DNA from: Minisyncoccota bacterium
GTDB taxonomy: Bacteria; Patescibacteriota; Minisyncoccia; Phycocordibacterales; UBA2100
DNA: 64,000 nt
Direction: 5' to 3'
Assembly: GCA_035559235.1 (NCBI GenBank)
Contig: DATMBM010000004.1
Span: 4,684-68,683, forward strand
Below the pieces are notes generated by a model, which made no database searches, was not told the origin of the DNA, and saw only the letters and a list, made by a program, of their open reading frames with translations. Position 1 is the first letter of the stretch. Each line of letters opens with the position of its first letter. Shown here piece by piece: positions 52,970 to 62,792 of the stretch. The position numbers were made by a program, and so were the translations under genes.

Positions 52970-54778
52970 ATGGGAAACAGAGTGACGGCAGCTTCTCTTA
53001 TCAGCATTGTATTCGCCACGCTGCTCGTGGCGTTTGTGTTTACTCCCGCACCTGCTGCAGCGGCGCGCGGTGATGCGCATCGGTCGTTTGCTGAAAGCAT
53101 CATCGATCGGATCAACGATCGTTTGTGCGATAGACAAAAAGCACTTGGCGGTCGTTTGCCGATCCCGCTTATCCACCCGAGCAAGTGTAAAAAGGAACCG
53201 CCCCCGCCTCCAGAAGAGCCGACAGTGGTTTTGACGGCGGATCCGCTCACGATCAACGAAGGTGACAGTTCGACCTTGGAATGGACGTCCGAAAACGCCG
53301 ATACCTGCGAGGCATCAGGCGGATGGGACGGCGAGCGGAACACCTCGGGTACGGAAGTGGTATCTCCATCAGAAACGACGATGTACCACATCGATTGCTT
53401 TGGGCCCGGCGGTGTCGCGGGCGATGACGTCGTCGTGACGGTGATCCCGGATGAACCAGACGCACCGACAGTTGAGATTACTGCAGATCCGATGACGATT
53501 ACGGAAGGCGAATCGTCGGAACTCTCGTGGAATTCTGAGAATGCTGACACCTGTACAGCCTCAAACGGATGGATCGGTGATAGGGCGCTGGATGGCACAG
53601 AAGTAGTAACTCCGGCAACAACGACCACCTATGCGATTGAATGTGAGGGCGAGGGCGGCACTGCGCAAGATAGCGTGACTGTGACGGTCACTCCTGATGA
53701 ACCTGAAACTGGGACGCTTATTGTACGCAAGGTTGTCATTCGTGATGATGGCAATGACGCGGCAACGACGACCTTTTCGTTCGAAGTAAACGATGAAGAC
53801 CCGATTTTCTTCGACGATGATGGCGAAGTGCAGCTCACGCGTCCGGTGGGAACGTACACGATCAATGAGGGTGCGCACGACGGCTTTACGATGAGCACGA
53901 GCAATTGTGATGCTGTCGAACTCTCCGAGGGTGAGACCGAAATTTGCACGATTACGAACAACGACGAGGCGGAAGAACCGGAGACCGCCGTTCTTACGCT
54001 GGTGAAAGTTGTGGTTAATAACAACGGAGGAGAAGCAACCACGACAGATTGGACGCTCGTGGCGGACGGTCCGACCGATATTTCGGGCGTTACGGGCAGC
54101 GCGGCCGTGACCGAGGCGGTTGTTGAAGTGGGCAGCTACGATCTTTCGGAGACGAATGGTCCGGAGGGCTACACTGCATCGAACTTCGTCTGCCAGATCA
54201 ATGACGGTCCTGATGTTGCCGGTAACACGGTCGTATTGGAGGCGGGCGACGACGTCGTGTGTACGATTACAAATGATGATGAGGAAGAAGAGCAGGTCGG
54301 TACGCTTGTCATCAGTGAAGTTCTCTACAATCCCTCTGTTGCACAAGGAGTAGAGGCGGGGAACGAATGGGTGGAAATATTCAATGGGACGGCAGGGACG
54401 CTCAACCTCTCCGGATACTTTATCCAGGACAACAGTGAGACGTTCATCCTTCCGCAGGGAACGACGCTTGCGTCAGGTTCGTTCCTTCTGCTGACAGGAT
54501 CATCCACGACGGCTGACCTCTGGACAGTGCCGAGCAGCGCAACGTGGCTCGTCTTGCCCGGCTTCACGAGACAGCTCTCAAACGAAAATGACTCTGTTGA
54601 ATTATTTAACACCGCAAGTTCGTCTGTCGACGCGGTGTGCTGGGGGCCCAATGACAAAGCATTCGATTGCGATGCGCTCGTCGTCGATGACGGCGAATCC
54701 CTCGGCCGCATCGACAAATTCTTTGACACCGGGACGGCGGCAGATTGGCAGGCCCAAACGCCGAACCCCGGGGAGTAA
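52970..54778 (+). CDS. Secreted acidic surface protein with Ig-like repeats and a lamin-tail domain
   Basis: Two LTADP.TI.EG.SS.L.W repeats; two C.ITNxD domains; ISEVLYNP...EWVEIFN. Confidence 0.8.
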   Translation: MGNRVTAASLISIVFATLLVAFVFTPAPAAAARGDAHRSFAESIIDRINDRLCDRQKALGGRLPIPLIHPSKCKKEPPPPPEEPTVVLTADPLTINEGDSSTLEWTSENADTCEASGGWDGERNTSGTEVVSPSETTMYHIDCFGPGGVAGDDVVVTVIPDEPDAPTVEITADPMTITEGESSELSWNSENADTCTASNGWIGDRALDGTEVVTPATTTTYAIECEGEGGTAQDSVTVTVTPDEPETGTLIVRKVVIRDDGNDAATTTFSFEVNDEDPIFFDDDGEVQLTRPVGTYTINEGAHDGFTMSTSNCDAVELSEGETEICTITNNDEAEEPETAVLTLVKVVVNNNGGEATTTDWTLVADGPTDISGVTGSAAVTEAVVEVGSYDLSETNGPEGYTASNFVCQINDGPDVAGNTVVLEAGDDVVCTITNDDEEEEQVGTLVISEVLYNPSVAQGVEAGNEWVEIFNGTAGTLNLSGYFIQDNSETFILPQGTTLASGSFLLLTGSSTTADLWTVPSSATWLVLPGFTRQLSNENDSVELFNTASSSVDAVCWGPNDKAFDCDALVVDDGESLGRIDKFFDTGTAADWQAQTPNPGE

Positions 54779-54795
54779 AAAGGAACATTAACAGT

Positions 54796-54824
54796 GCAAA
54801 AATCCGCCCAGGGCGGATTTTTGC
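54796..54824. terminator. Bidirectional terminator
   Basis: gcaaaaatccgcc/ggcggatttttgc between convergent genes. Confidence 0.75.
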
Positions 54825-55153
54825 TATGCGCGTTTCGCTGCGGTGCGCGTCCGCATCAGGCCGCGAGCGTGTTCGTAGGTACGAATAAGCGGCGCCGCAT
54901 GTACGGTGCGGCTGCGTGCCAAGGGTACGCCGTACCGGATGGCGGCGTACGTCGCATAGACAAGCGTCGCGACCGCGATCGCCGGCAGGAGTCGCTCGTT
55001 GACGACCCACACGACAGACGCCGGAATAACCACGGCGGCGGTTATAAGCACGTCACGGGCCGAAAGGGTGTCTGATTGTTCTTCCATATGCATTGCTCCA
55101 GACGGCGCAAGCGCGTCTTTATTACTGTGTGTAAGGTCCAAAACGTGTGCCAT
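54824..55153 (-). CDS. Hypothetical 2-TM protein
   Basis: 109-aa ORF ending at the terminator. Confidence 0.55.
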   Translation of the reverse strand: MAHVLDLTHSNKDALAPSGAMHMEEQSDTLSARDVLITAAVVIPASVVWVVNERLLPAIAVATLVYATYAAIRYGVPLARSRTVHAAPLIRTYEHARGLMRTRTAAKRA

Positions 55154-55216
55154 AGGTGGCCACGTATTACCATATTTTCCTACGTAAGCGCAAGTTGTGA
55201 TGAAGAAGGCTCGCGG

Positions 55217-55341
55217 CAGCGCAGCAATTGCTTCCCGCCGAACACGGAGCCGTCAAACGCGTTACTGTCACATCTTTTGCGGTACGTCTCGCCGCATCCT
55301 TATGCGCTGCGCAAGGTTCTCTGGAAGCAATTGCTGCGCTG
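55217..55341. repeat. Structured noncoding element, copy 2
   Basis: Perfect 19-bp inverted repeat cagcgcagcaattgcttcc/ggaagcaattgctgcgctg; core similar to 48113-48234. Confidence 0.7.
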
Positions 55342-55375
55342 TCGGCTCGTAAGAAGTTGAAATTAAGTGGGCCGG

Positions 55376-56497
55376 CTACTTATTTCCCGCAAACGAGAGC
55401 GTCATCCGTCGTTCCTTCGGTTCGAACAATTTGATGACAAACGGATACACTTTGCCGAGCTCTAATTTCGATCGAAGCTCCGCCTCGTCTTTGAATTCGG
55501 AGATATGCACCAATCCGGCAACCCCCTCCTCGATAGAAGCAAGCGCGCCATGCTTGTTGTACTTGATGACGACCGCGTCCACCGTCTGATCTTTCTTGTA
55601 TTTCGAAGCGGCCGCCTTCCACGGATCATCAGTGAGCGCCTTGATGGAGAGGGAAACCTTGTCATCCTTGATCTCGATGACTTTCACCTTGACGGTTTCC
55701 CCGACCTTGTAGCGGGTTTTCGGATTTTCAACCAGTGCCCAGTCCATTTCGGAGATGTGCACAAGGCCTTCAAGCCCTTCCTCCAACTTCACAAAGACGC
55801 CGAATTCAGTCGCGCCGGTCACGACGCCTTCGACGACATCGCCGACATGGTATTTCTCGACAAGAGATGAGCGCTCAGATGGACCCGCGCCCTTTTCGGA
55901 GAGGATGAGTTTCTGCTCTTTCGGATTTGCCGTAATGATCTGCACCTCCAGCTTTTCCCCGACAAGTTTCTTGAGCTCGACAAAGATTTTCTCTTTGTCG
56001 CCGTCAGGAACGCGCGGATAGTGTGCCGGCGCGAGCTGCGATGCCGGCAAGAAGCCGGAAATGCCCTGCCAATTGATGATGAGGCCACCCTTGTTCGCGT
56101 CGGCAACCGGGAGTTCGAAGACCGTCTTCTTCTGCATTGCCTGCTCGGCTTCATTCCAGATGAGCGCCTGCCGTGCCTCGCGCAGCGACAATTCGATGTA
56201 TCCTTCTTTCTTTTCGGTGCCGACGACTTTCGCGGTGATGATGTCGCCAACGTTCGTGTTCTTCAAAGTCTCGCGGGCAGAGAGGTATTCGCGGCCATAA
56301 ATGATGCCGGTTCCAAAAGGATGCAAATCGACAAACACACGCGCGCGACCAATCGCAACGACCGGCCCTTCGACCACGTCGTCGAGTGCCGGCGGCTTCG
56401 GCGTCGATTCAAAGAGCGCCTCCATCGGGCCCTCTTTCTTGATAACCTCATCCTTCTCGTCGACGTCCTTTTCGACGTCAGCTGTTGCTGTTGGCAT
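55376..56497 (-). CDS. rpsA: 30S ribosomal protein S1 (four S1 domains)
   Basis: GFLPASQL, FGVFV...EGLVHISE, GLVHISE repeats. Confidence 0.92.
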   Translation of the reverse strand: MPTATADVEKDVDEKDEVIKKEGPMEALFESTPKPPALDDVVEGPVVAIGRARVFVDLHPFGTGIIYGREYLSARETLKNTNVGDIITAKVVGTEKKEGYIELSLREARQALIWNEAEQAMQKKTVFELPVADANKGGLIINWQGISGFLPASQLAPAHYPRVPDGDKEKIFVELKKLVGEKLEVQIITANPKEQKLILSEKGAGPSERSSLVEKYHVGDVVEGVVTGATEFGVFVKLEEGLEGLVHISEMDWALVENPKTRYKVGETVKVKVIEIKDDKVSLSIKALTDDPWKAAASKYKKDQTVDAVVIKYNKHGALASIEEGVAGLVHISEFKDEAELRSKLELGKVYPFVIKLFEPKERRMTLSFAGNK

Positions 56498-56599
56498 TTT
56501 TCTTTCAGGTTGGGCTCTCCGCGTCCTGCATCCGTTCCGTTGACGACGCCAGAGGATTAACCCTTCCTTAGAGACTGGTAATGCGTGGGGAAACTATAC

Positions 56600-56762
56600 A
56601 AAAGAAAGAGCCCCGATGCAAGCATCGGGGCTCTCCAGGACCATCGCTTCGCAGCCGTTGCCGGCTCCACTAGGTCCTTATGAAAGTAAGGACTGGGTTG
56701 GTGGGTTGGAACCAGCCCTCACATGAGGAGGGTGTTTGGTGGCTACCTCCTGTCCAGCTAGA
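56600..56762 (-). ncRNA. Candidate stand-alone small RNA
   Basis: Promoter upstream, several hairpins, intrinsic terminator at 56607-56634, no ORF. Confidence 0.5.
56607..56634 (-). terminator. Intrinsic terminator
   Basis: agagccccgatgc/gcatcggggctct followed by ttcttttg on the minus strand. Confidence 0.75.
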
Positions 56763-56768
56763 GATACG

Positions 56769-56797
56769 ATACTAACTTGAATATGATCTCTTGTCAA
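56769..56797 (-). promoter_or_regulatory. Near-consensus sigma70 promoter
   Basis: TTGACA-N17-TAGTAT on the minus strand. Confidence 0.7.
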
Positions 56798-56881
56798 GGA
56801 ATGGCAACTACACTATGGATTAAAATATGGCTTAAAACAACCACGATAGCGCCCTTTGCAGCGGATGCTATAATTATGGTC

Positions 56882-57502
56882 ATGATTTTGACTTACCACG
56901 ACGGCTTTTGTATCCGCGCGAGTGCGGGGGATACCACGATTGTTTTTGGGCCCGTCTCGAAGCAGTCGAAAAAATTCAAGCCGACGAATTTCGGCGCCGA
57001 CGTCGCGCTTATTTCACTCAACCATCCTGATATGAACGGCGCCGAAGAGGCCGGGCGTGGCGAGAAGCAACCCTTTGTGGTCACGGGACCGGGCGAGTAC
57101 GAAATAAAAGACATCGCGGCGTTCGGATTCGGCTCGACGTCAAAATATGGGGGACATGAGCGCATTAATACCGTGTACTCGGTGACTTTCGACGGCCTCA
57201 CGATCATGTATCTCGGTGCCGTAGGGACGACCGTATTGCCAAAAGATATCGAGGATATGGATCCGCCGGACGTCTTAGTCGTTCCGGTGGGCAATGAGGG
57301 GGCGCTCACGGCGGCTGAAGCGCACAAGCTTGCGGTAAACCTGGAGGCGAAGATCGTCATTCCGGTCGGCTACGACGAGAAAACACTTAAGCAATTTTTG
57401 AAGGAAGCGGGTGCGGAGGGCGTGAAAGCGGAAGAAAAGCTGACGATAAAAAAGAAGGATGTAGCAGGGAAGGAGAATGAGGTGGTGGTGTTAAAGGCTT
57501 AG
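56882..57502 (+). CDS. MBL-fold protein (Lactamase_B_3-like) with degenerate metal site
   Basis: GPGEYEI, PDVLVVPVG, KIVIP; HxHxDH reduced to SLNHPDMN. Confidence 0.75.
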   Translation: MILTYHDGFCIRASAGDTTIVFGPVSKQSKKFKPTNFGADVALISLNHPDMNGAEEAGRGEKQPFVVTGPGEYEIKDIAAFGFGSTSKYGGHERINTVYSVTFDGLTIMYLGAVGTTVLPKDIEDMDPPDVLVVPVGNEGALTAAEAHKLAVNLEAKIVIPVGYDEKTLKQFLKEAGAEGVKAEEKLTIKKKDVAGKENEVVVLKA

Positions 57503-57514
57503 ACGCGATGCGTC

Positions 57515-57605
57515 GGAAGTGCGTCCCTCGGGCACGCACATTTTCAGCTGAAAATGTGCTCATCCTCGCGCCGTCGCGCTGCGGGGTCCCTCGTGACGCA
57601 GTTCC
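57515..57605. repeat. Intergenic palindromic element
   Basis: ggaagtgcgtc/gacgcagttcc arms; 24-bp palindrome gcacattttcagctgaaaatgtgc at 57535-57558. Confidence 0.55.
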
Positions 57606-57645
57606 GGCGCCGCGCACGACATGACTTCTGTTATAATGGAGGGAT

Positions 57646-58017
57646 ATGGTTGTGGGGAAAGCAATCGAAAATCTCAAGGACAAACCACATGAGGAGAAGA
57701 AGGTTGTGGCTGGCGGTATCGCAATCGCGGTTGTCATCATCCTGCTCGTCGGGTGGGGATTTTTCTTTTTGCGCAGCATCCAGCGGGGAAGCGCCGTCCC
57801 GACACTTCAAGGCGCGGCGGTTCCTGAGGATCAATTGGACACGCAATTCCTGCAGCAGACGCAGCAGCAGCTGCAGCAGTACTACCAGACATCGCAGCAG
57901 CAACTGCGGAAAATCCGCGACACATCGGGAGGCGGCAGCGTCAATGTCGACGTTGGATCCGGCGCGTCTCCAAACGGCGGAAGCGGCGGATTTGGGGCTC
58001 AAAATAACGGTTTTTAG
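57646..58017 (+). CDS. Hypothetical single-TM protein with Gln-rich region
   Basis: IENLKDKPHEEKK then TM helix; TATAAT before start. Confidence 0.7.
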   Translation: MVVGKAIENLKDKPHEEKKVVAGGIAIAVVIILLVGWGFFFLRSIQRGSAVPTLQGAAVPEDQLDTQFLQQTQQQLQQYYQTSQQQLRKIRDTSGGGSVNVDVGSGASPNGGSGGFGAQNNGF

Positions 58018-58066
58018 GCGACTTTGCGCTGGCAAAGACGACCGTTTTCTGATATACTGATCCTAT

Positions 58067-60553
58067 ATGGCACGAGGCCAAAAAGGCGATGGGAACGACG
58101 CAGGGGCGGGAACACGGACGCCCCTTCGCATTGTGCCTCGCTCGATCACGACTGAAATGCGCGAGTCGTATCTTGACTATGCGATGTCGGTCATTACTGC
58201 CCGCGCGCTTCCTGATGTGCGCGACGGCCTGAAGCCGGTGCACCGGCGCATCCTCTACGCGATGCAGGAAATTGGGCTCACTGCGAGCGCAAAGACGAGA
58301 AAAAGCGCGACCGTTGTCGGAGAAGTGCTTGGTAAGTACCACCCGCACGGCGATGTGGCCGTGTACGACTCGATGGTAAAAATGGCGCAGGATTTCACGA
58401 TGCGCTATCCCCTTATCGTCGGCCAGGGAAATTTCGGCTCTATTGACGGCGACAACCCCGCGGCGATGCGCTACACGGAGGTGAAAATGTCCCGTCTCGC
58501 CGGTGAGATGCTGAAAGACATCGAAAAGGACACGGTACATTTCCGTCCGAACTACGACAATACGAAGAAGGAACCGGTCGTCCTGCCGGCGGCAGCACCG
58601 AATCTCCTTTTAAACGGTACGTTGGGCATTGCGGTCGGCATGGCGTCCAACATCCCGCCGCACAATTTGCGCGAAGTATGCGACGCCACCGTGCACCTAA
58701 TTGAAAATCCGGACGCGACGACGGACGATTTGATGCAATTCGTCCAGGGTCCTGATTTTCCGACGGGCTGCATTGCGTTCAACCAGAAGGACATCGCGCA
58801 CGCGTATGCGACGGGACGCGGCGGCGTTGTCGTGCGCGGCGAAGCGGAGATCACGGAAAACAAAAAAGGTGACTACCAGATCGTCATCACGTCGATCCCG
58901 TATCGCGTCAACAAATCCGACCTTCTGCAAAAGATCGGTGCGCTCGTGCACGAGAAAAAGCTCGAGGGCATCCGCGATGCGCGCGACGAGAGCACGAAAG
59001 ACATCCGCATCGTGATCGAACTCAAGCAAAACGCGAACCCGCAGACGGTTTTGAATTATCTCTACAAGCACACGCAGCTCGAAGAGACCTTCCACTACAA
59101 CATCGTGGCGCTCGTCGACGGCGTCCCGCAGACGCTATCGCTAAAGGCGATCATCGAGGCCTTCGTTTCGCATCGTAAGGAAGTGGTGACGCGACGCACG
59201 ACATTTGACCTTTCGCGCGCGAAAGAGCGCGAGCACATCCTCCTTGGCCTTTCCAAAGCGCTCGATCACATCGACGCGATCATCCAACTCATCAAGAAGT
59301 CGAAGGACGTCGATGATGCCCGTAAGGGACTCATGACGAAATTCAAATTCTCGGAAATTCAGGCGAACGCGATCCTCGACATGCGTTTGCAGAAGCTCTC
59401 CGGTCTCGAGCGCAAGAAGATCGAGGACGAGCTGGAGCAGGTGCAGGCGCTCATTGCGGAACTCGAATCGCTCCTGAAAAGCGAGAAGAAGATGATGGAC
59501 GTCATCAAGAAAGAAGTGAAAGAGCTGGGTGAAAAATACGGGGACGACCGGCGCACAAAGATCATGAAGCGCGGCGCGCAGATACTCTCGGCCGAAGATT
59601 TGATCGCGGACGATGAATTCGCGCTTGTCCTGACGCAGGGCGGCTACATCAAGCGCACGAATCCGGCCGAATACCGCCGGCAGCGCCGCGGAGGCGTTGG
59701 TGTTGTTGATCTGGATACGAAGGAGGAGGATTTCGTGACGCACCTGCTTACCGCAAGCGCGCACTCCGACATTCTCTTTTTCACCGACCGCGGCAAGGCG
59801 TACCAGATAAAGATGTACGAGCTTCCGGAGGGCCGGCGCGCGACGAAGGGCAAATCGATCATGAATTTCCTTTCAATCGAGCAGGGCGAGCGCATCACTT
59901 CGATCCTTGCGATGCCGAAGGACGTTAAATCAACCAACGGGCTTTCGCTCCTGCTTGCGACAAAGAATGGCACCGTCAAGAAGACATCGGCCGACAAGTT
60001 CAAAGAGGTCCGCCGCTCCGGATTGATCGCCATTTCGCTCGATAGGGGGGACGCGCTCATTTCCGCGAGCTTCGTCCGAAAAGGCGATACCGTTTTCTTG
60101 GTGACGACGAAGGGGCAGTCGATCCGATTCGATGAAAAAGACGTGCGTGAAATGGGGCGGCAGGCGGGCGGCGTGCGCGGCATCAAATTGCAGTCAGGAG
60201 ACAGCGTCGTAGGCGCGGGTGTCGCAGAAAAAGGTGGCGCGGAAGAGCTCTTGATCCTCTCGCAGCTCGGTTACGGGAAGAAGACGCCGATCAAGGAATA
60301 CAAGGTGCAGGGTCGCGGCGGAAGCGGCATTAAAACAAGCGCCGTCACAGCGAAAACCGGGCCGGTGATCGCGGGACTCATCGTCAGCGAGCACGGCGAA
60401 TTGATTTGCATGTCACAAAAGAGCCAAGTGATCCGCACTGATTTGAAAGAAATCCGCACCAGCGGGCGGCAGACCCAGGGCGTGCGCGTCATGGCGCTGC
60501 GAAGCGGCGACAAAATCGCGGCGTGCGTGGTGCTGGAAGGGAAGGAGGTTTGA
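58067..60553 (+). CDS. gyrA: DNA gyrase subunit A
   Basis: YHPHGD, AAMRYTE, GyrA-box QRRGGVG, C-terminal pinwheel repeats. Confidence 0.97.
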   Translation: MARGQKGDGNDAGAGTRTPLRIVPRSITTEMRESYLDYAMSVITARALPDVRDGLKPVHRRILYAMQEIGLTASAKTRKSATVVGEVLGKYHPHGDVAVYDSMVKMAQDFTMRYPLIVGQGNFGSIDGDNPAAMRYTEVKMSRLAGEMLKDIEKDTVHFRPNYDNTKKEPVVLPAAAPNLLLNGTLGIAVGMASNIPPHNLREVCDATVHLIENPDATTDDLMQFVQGPDFPTGCIAFNQKDIAHAYATGRGGVVVRGEAEITENKKGDYQIVITSIPYRVNKSDLLQKIGALVHEKKLEGIRDARDESTKDIRIVIELKQNANPQTVLNYLYKHTQLEETFHYNIVALVDGVPQTLSLKAIIEAFVSHRKEVVTRRTTFDLSRAKEREHILLGLSKALDHIDAIIQLIKKSKDVDDARKGLMTKFKFSEIQANAILDMRLQKLSGLERKKIEDELEQVQALIAELESLLKSEKKMMDVIKKEVKELGEKYGDDRRTKIMKRGAQILSAEDLIADDEFALVLTQGGYIKRTNPAEYRRQRRGGVGVVDLDTKEEDFVTHLLTASAHSDILFFTDRGKAYQIKMYELPEGRRATKGKSIMNFLSIEQGERITSILAMPKDVKSTNGLSLLLATKNGTVKKTSADKFKEVRRSGLIAISLDRGDALISASFVRKGDTVFLVTTKGQSIRFDEKDVREMGRQAGGVRGIKLQSGDSVVGAGVAEKGGAEELLILSQLGYGKKTPIKEYKVQGRGGSGIKTSAVTAKTGPVIAGLIVSEHGELICMSQKSQVIRTDLKEIRTSGRQTQGVRVMALRSGDKIAACVVLEGKEV

Positions 60554-60629
60554 CAAATAGCGCGTGAGTAGTATAACTTCTTTTGTTCGCGTTGGTCTTT
60601 ACACCCTGCTAATAGATAGGAGGAAGGGA

Positions 60630-60785
60630 ATGATGGACCGTATTCTTAATAGGCTGACAAAAACCGACCGATCAGGCGCACTCGTCGGGTACGCTGTTTT
60701 TTTCGTCGGCTTCCCGGTTGTGATAGCGATTTTGGTCGCCGGCAACTGGGTTTATGTACGGATTGCGCCGCTTATCGGTCCCTGA
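60630..60785 (+). CDS. Small single-TM protein
   Basis: AGGAGG upstream; TTGACA-N16-TATAAC promoter overlapping the gyrA stop. Confidence 0.5.
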   Translation: MMDRILNRLTKTDRSGALVGYAVFFVGFPVVIAILVAGNWVYVRIAPLIGP

Positions 60786-60855
60786 ACTCGACACCTATCC
60801 ACGCCCGCGGCAACGTCCGCGGGCGTGAGTCTTTTTGCACGATATACTTATTCAC

Positions 60856-61494
60856 ATGTCACACGTGCGAGAGGGACGCGCGCATGTCTCGTCCGGCGCG
60901 AGCCGAGGCGGGGCGGCTTTTGCGCATCCGCCACGAAATATCAAGGCGCTCGGCATCGAGCCTGCGATGAAAATTGCGGATTTCGGCGCCGGGAGCGGTG
61001 CGTACGTCATCGCGATTGCGGAGCACTTGGAAAACAGCGGTCGCGTGTACGCCGTTGACATTCAGAAAGACCTACTGCGGAGGATTCACACGGAGGCAGT
61101 TAAGCGCGGATTCAAGAATGTCGAAATCGTGTGGGGCGACCTTGAGATGCCCGAGGGTTCGAAAATTGCAGACGCATCGCTTGATCTGGTGCTCATTTCA
61201 AATCTATTGTTCCAGGTTGAAGACAAGCAGGCCGTTATCGAAGAAGGAAAACGCGTGATCAAGCCGGGAGGCCGCCTTGCCATTATCGATTGGTCGGAGA
61301 GTTTCGGCGGCATGGGTCCTATCAAGACAGCGGTCGTCACGAAAGAAGAAGTGCTTGCGCTGGCGCGGGAAAGTAGCCTTGTGTTCCAAAAAGAATTCCG
61401 TGCTGGCGCGCATCATTATGGACTGGTCTTTCGCAAAGAAGCGGGGCGGCGCGCTATCGGTGTGCAATCCAAGCGGGTTACAATGCGACCATGA
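60856..61494 (+). CDS. Class I SAM-dependent methyltransferase
   Basis: ADFGAGSG, VYAVDI, IKPGGRL, HHYG. Confidence 0.88.
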   Translation: MSHVREGRAHVSSGASRGGAAFAHPPRNIKALGIEPAMKIADFGAGSGAYVIAIAEHLENSGRVYAVDIQKDLLRRIHTEAVKRGFKNVEIVWGDLEMPEGSKIADASLDLVLISNLLFQVEDKQAVIEEGKRVIKPGGRLAIIDWSESFGGMGPIKTAVVTKEEVLALARESSLVFQKEFRAGAHHYGLVFRKEAGRRAIGVQSKRVTMRP

Positions 61495-62792
61495 AAACGG
61501 GAATGTCGATATTCCAGGTCATTCTTCTATGCGTCTTCGGCGCCTTCGCGATCGCTGGCATCCTGATTTTTGCCTTCCTCATCGGTTCAAGCAACAACTC
61601 TTCGATCGGTGAAGTCGTGCTCTGGGGCACGTTTGATGAGACCGCGGTCGTGACGGTCATGCGCCAGCTTTCGGAAAATGACGACCGCTTGCGGCAAATT
61701 ATCTACGTCGAGAAAAACCCGGATACATTCGAACAAGAACTCACGAGCGCGCTTGCCGCGGGGACCGGCCCCGATCTCTACATCCTCCGGCACGATTATG
61801 CGGTCATCGATGCACCGAAAATCGCATCGATCCCATACGAACAGTTTTCGCGTGAGCAATTCGACGACCTGTTCGTCGAAGCCGCGCAGCCGTTTCTCTC
61901 CGCAGACGGCGTCCTTGCGGTCCCGCTTGTCGTCGATCCGATTGTCATGTATTGGAACCGCGATTTGTTCGCAAACGCCGGGCTTGCCCGACCGCCCATC
62001 TTCTGGGACGAGCTGCAAGGCGTTGCGCGCGCAATCAGCAAGCGGAACGATGTCGGCTCTCTCGTACGCAGCGCCGTCGGGCTGGGCGAGTATGCGAATG
62101 TCACGCACGCGAAGAACATCATCGGCACCTTGATTTTGCAGGCGGGAGGATCGGTCACTGCGCGCGCCAGCGACGGCGTCTTGCAGCCGGCATTGCAAGC
62201 ACGCGGTACCACGATTGCGCAGCCGGCACAGAGCGCGGTTTCGTTTTATACAAGCTTCGCAAACCCGTCGCAGGATATCTACAGCTGGAATCGTTCGCAA
62301 AAGGAAAGTCGCGAAGCATTTGCTTCCGGCGATCTCGGCCTCTTCATCGGCCTCGCGAGCGACGAACCGCTTATCCGTCGTCAAAATCCCAACCTGAATT
62401 TCGGAGTGGCACCTCTGCCGCAGATACGCGATGCAGAGCGCTCGATTACTGGCGGTTATGCCTATGCATTTGCAGTCCCGCGTGCGTCGAAAAATCCGGA
62501 AGGCGCGCTCACGGCCGCGTACCTTCTCGCATCACCCGAAGCGTCGCGCGCGCTCTCTCTCGCATTTGGCGTCGCGTCGGCACGCCGCGACGTCCTTGCC
62601 GAACCTGCGCAGGGTATTGATGACCTCTTCAATAAAATGGCGATCATCGCGCGCCTGTGGGAAGATCCCAATCCACAGGCGACGGACCGGATATTCCGCG
62701 ATATGATTGAATCGATCACATCAGGCGCGGCGAAGATAACCGAAGCCCTTCAGCGCGCCGAGGCCGCGATGCGGGAAATTCAAACGCCATGA
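61491..62792 (+). CDS. Membrane-anchored extracellular solute-binding protein (sugar-type)
   Basis: N-terminal TM helix, GTGPDL, MYWNRDLF, FGVAPLPQ. Confidence 0.85.
   Translation: MKTGMSIFQVILLCVFGAFAIAGILIFAFLIGSSNNSSIGEVVLWGTFDETAVVTVMRQLSENDDRLRQIIYVEKNPDTFEQELTSALAAGTGPDLYILRHDYAVIDAPKIASIPYEQFSREQFDDLFVEAAQPFLSADGVLAVPLVVDPIVMYWNRDLFANAGLARPPIFWDELQGVARAISKRNDVGSLVRSAVGLGEYANVTHAKNIIGTLILQAGGSVTARASDGVLQPALQARGTTIAQPAQSAVSFYTSFANPSQDIYSWNRSQKESREAFASGDLGLFIGLASDEPLIRRQNPNLNFGVAPLPQIRDAERSITGGYAYAFAVPRASKNPEGALTAAYLLASPEASRALSLAFGVASARRDVLAEPAQGIDDLFNKMAIIARLWEDPNPQATDRIFRDMIESITSGAAKITEALQRAEAAMREIQTP

Noticed and set aside
56680-56776. 31-aa + strand ORF (MKVRTG...) in the sRNA candidate
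   Set aside because: No promoter or RBS on +; promoter and terminator polarity point to the minus strand
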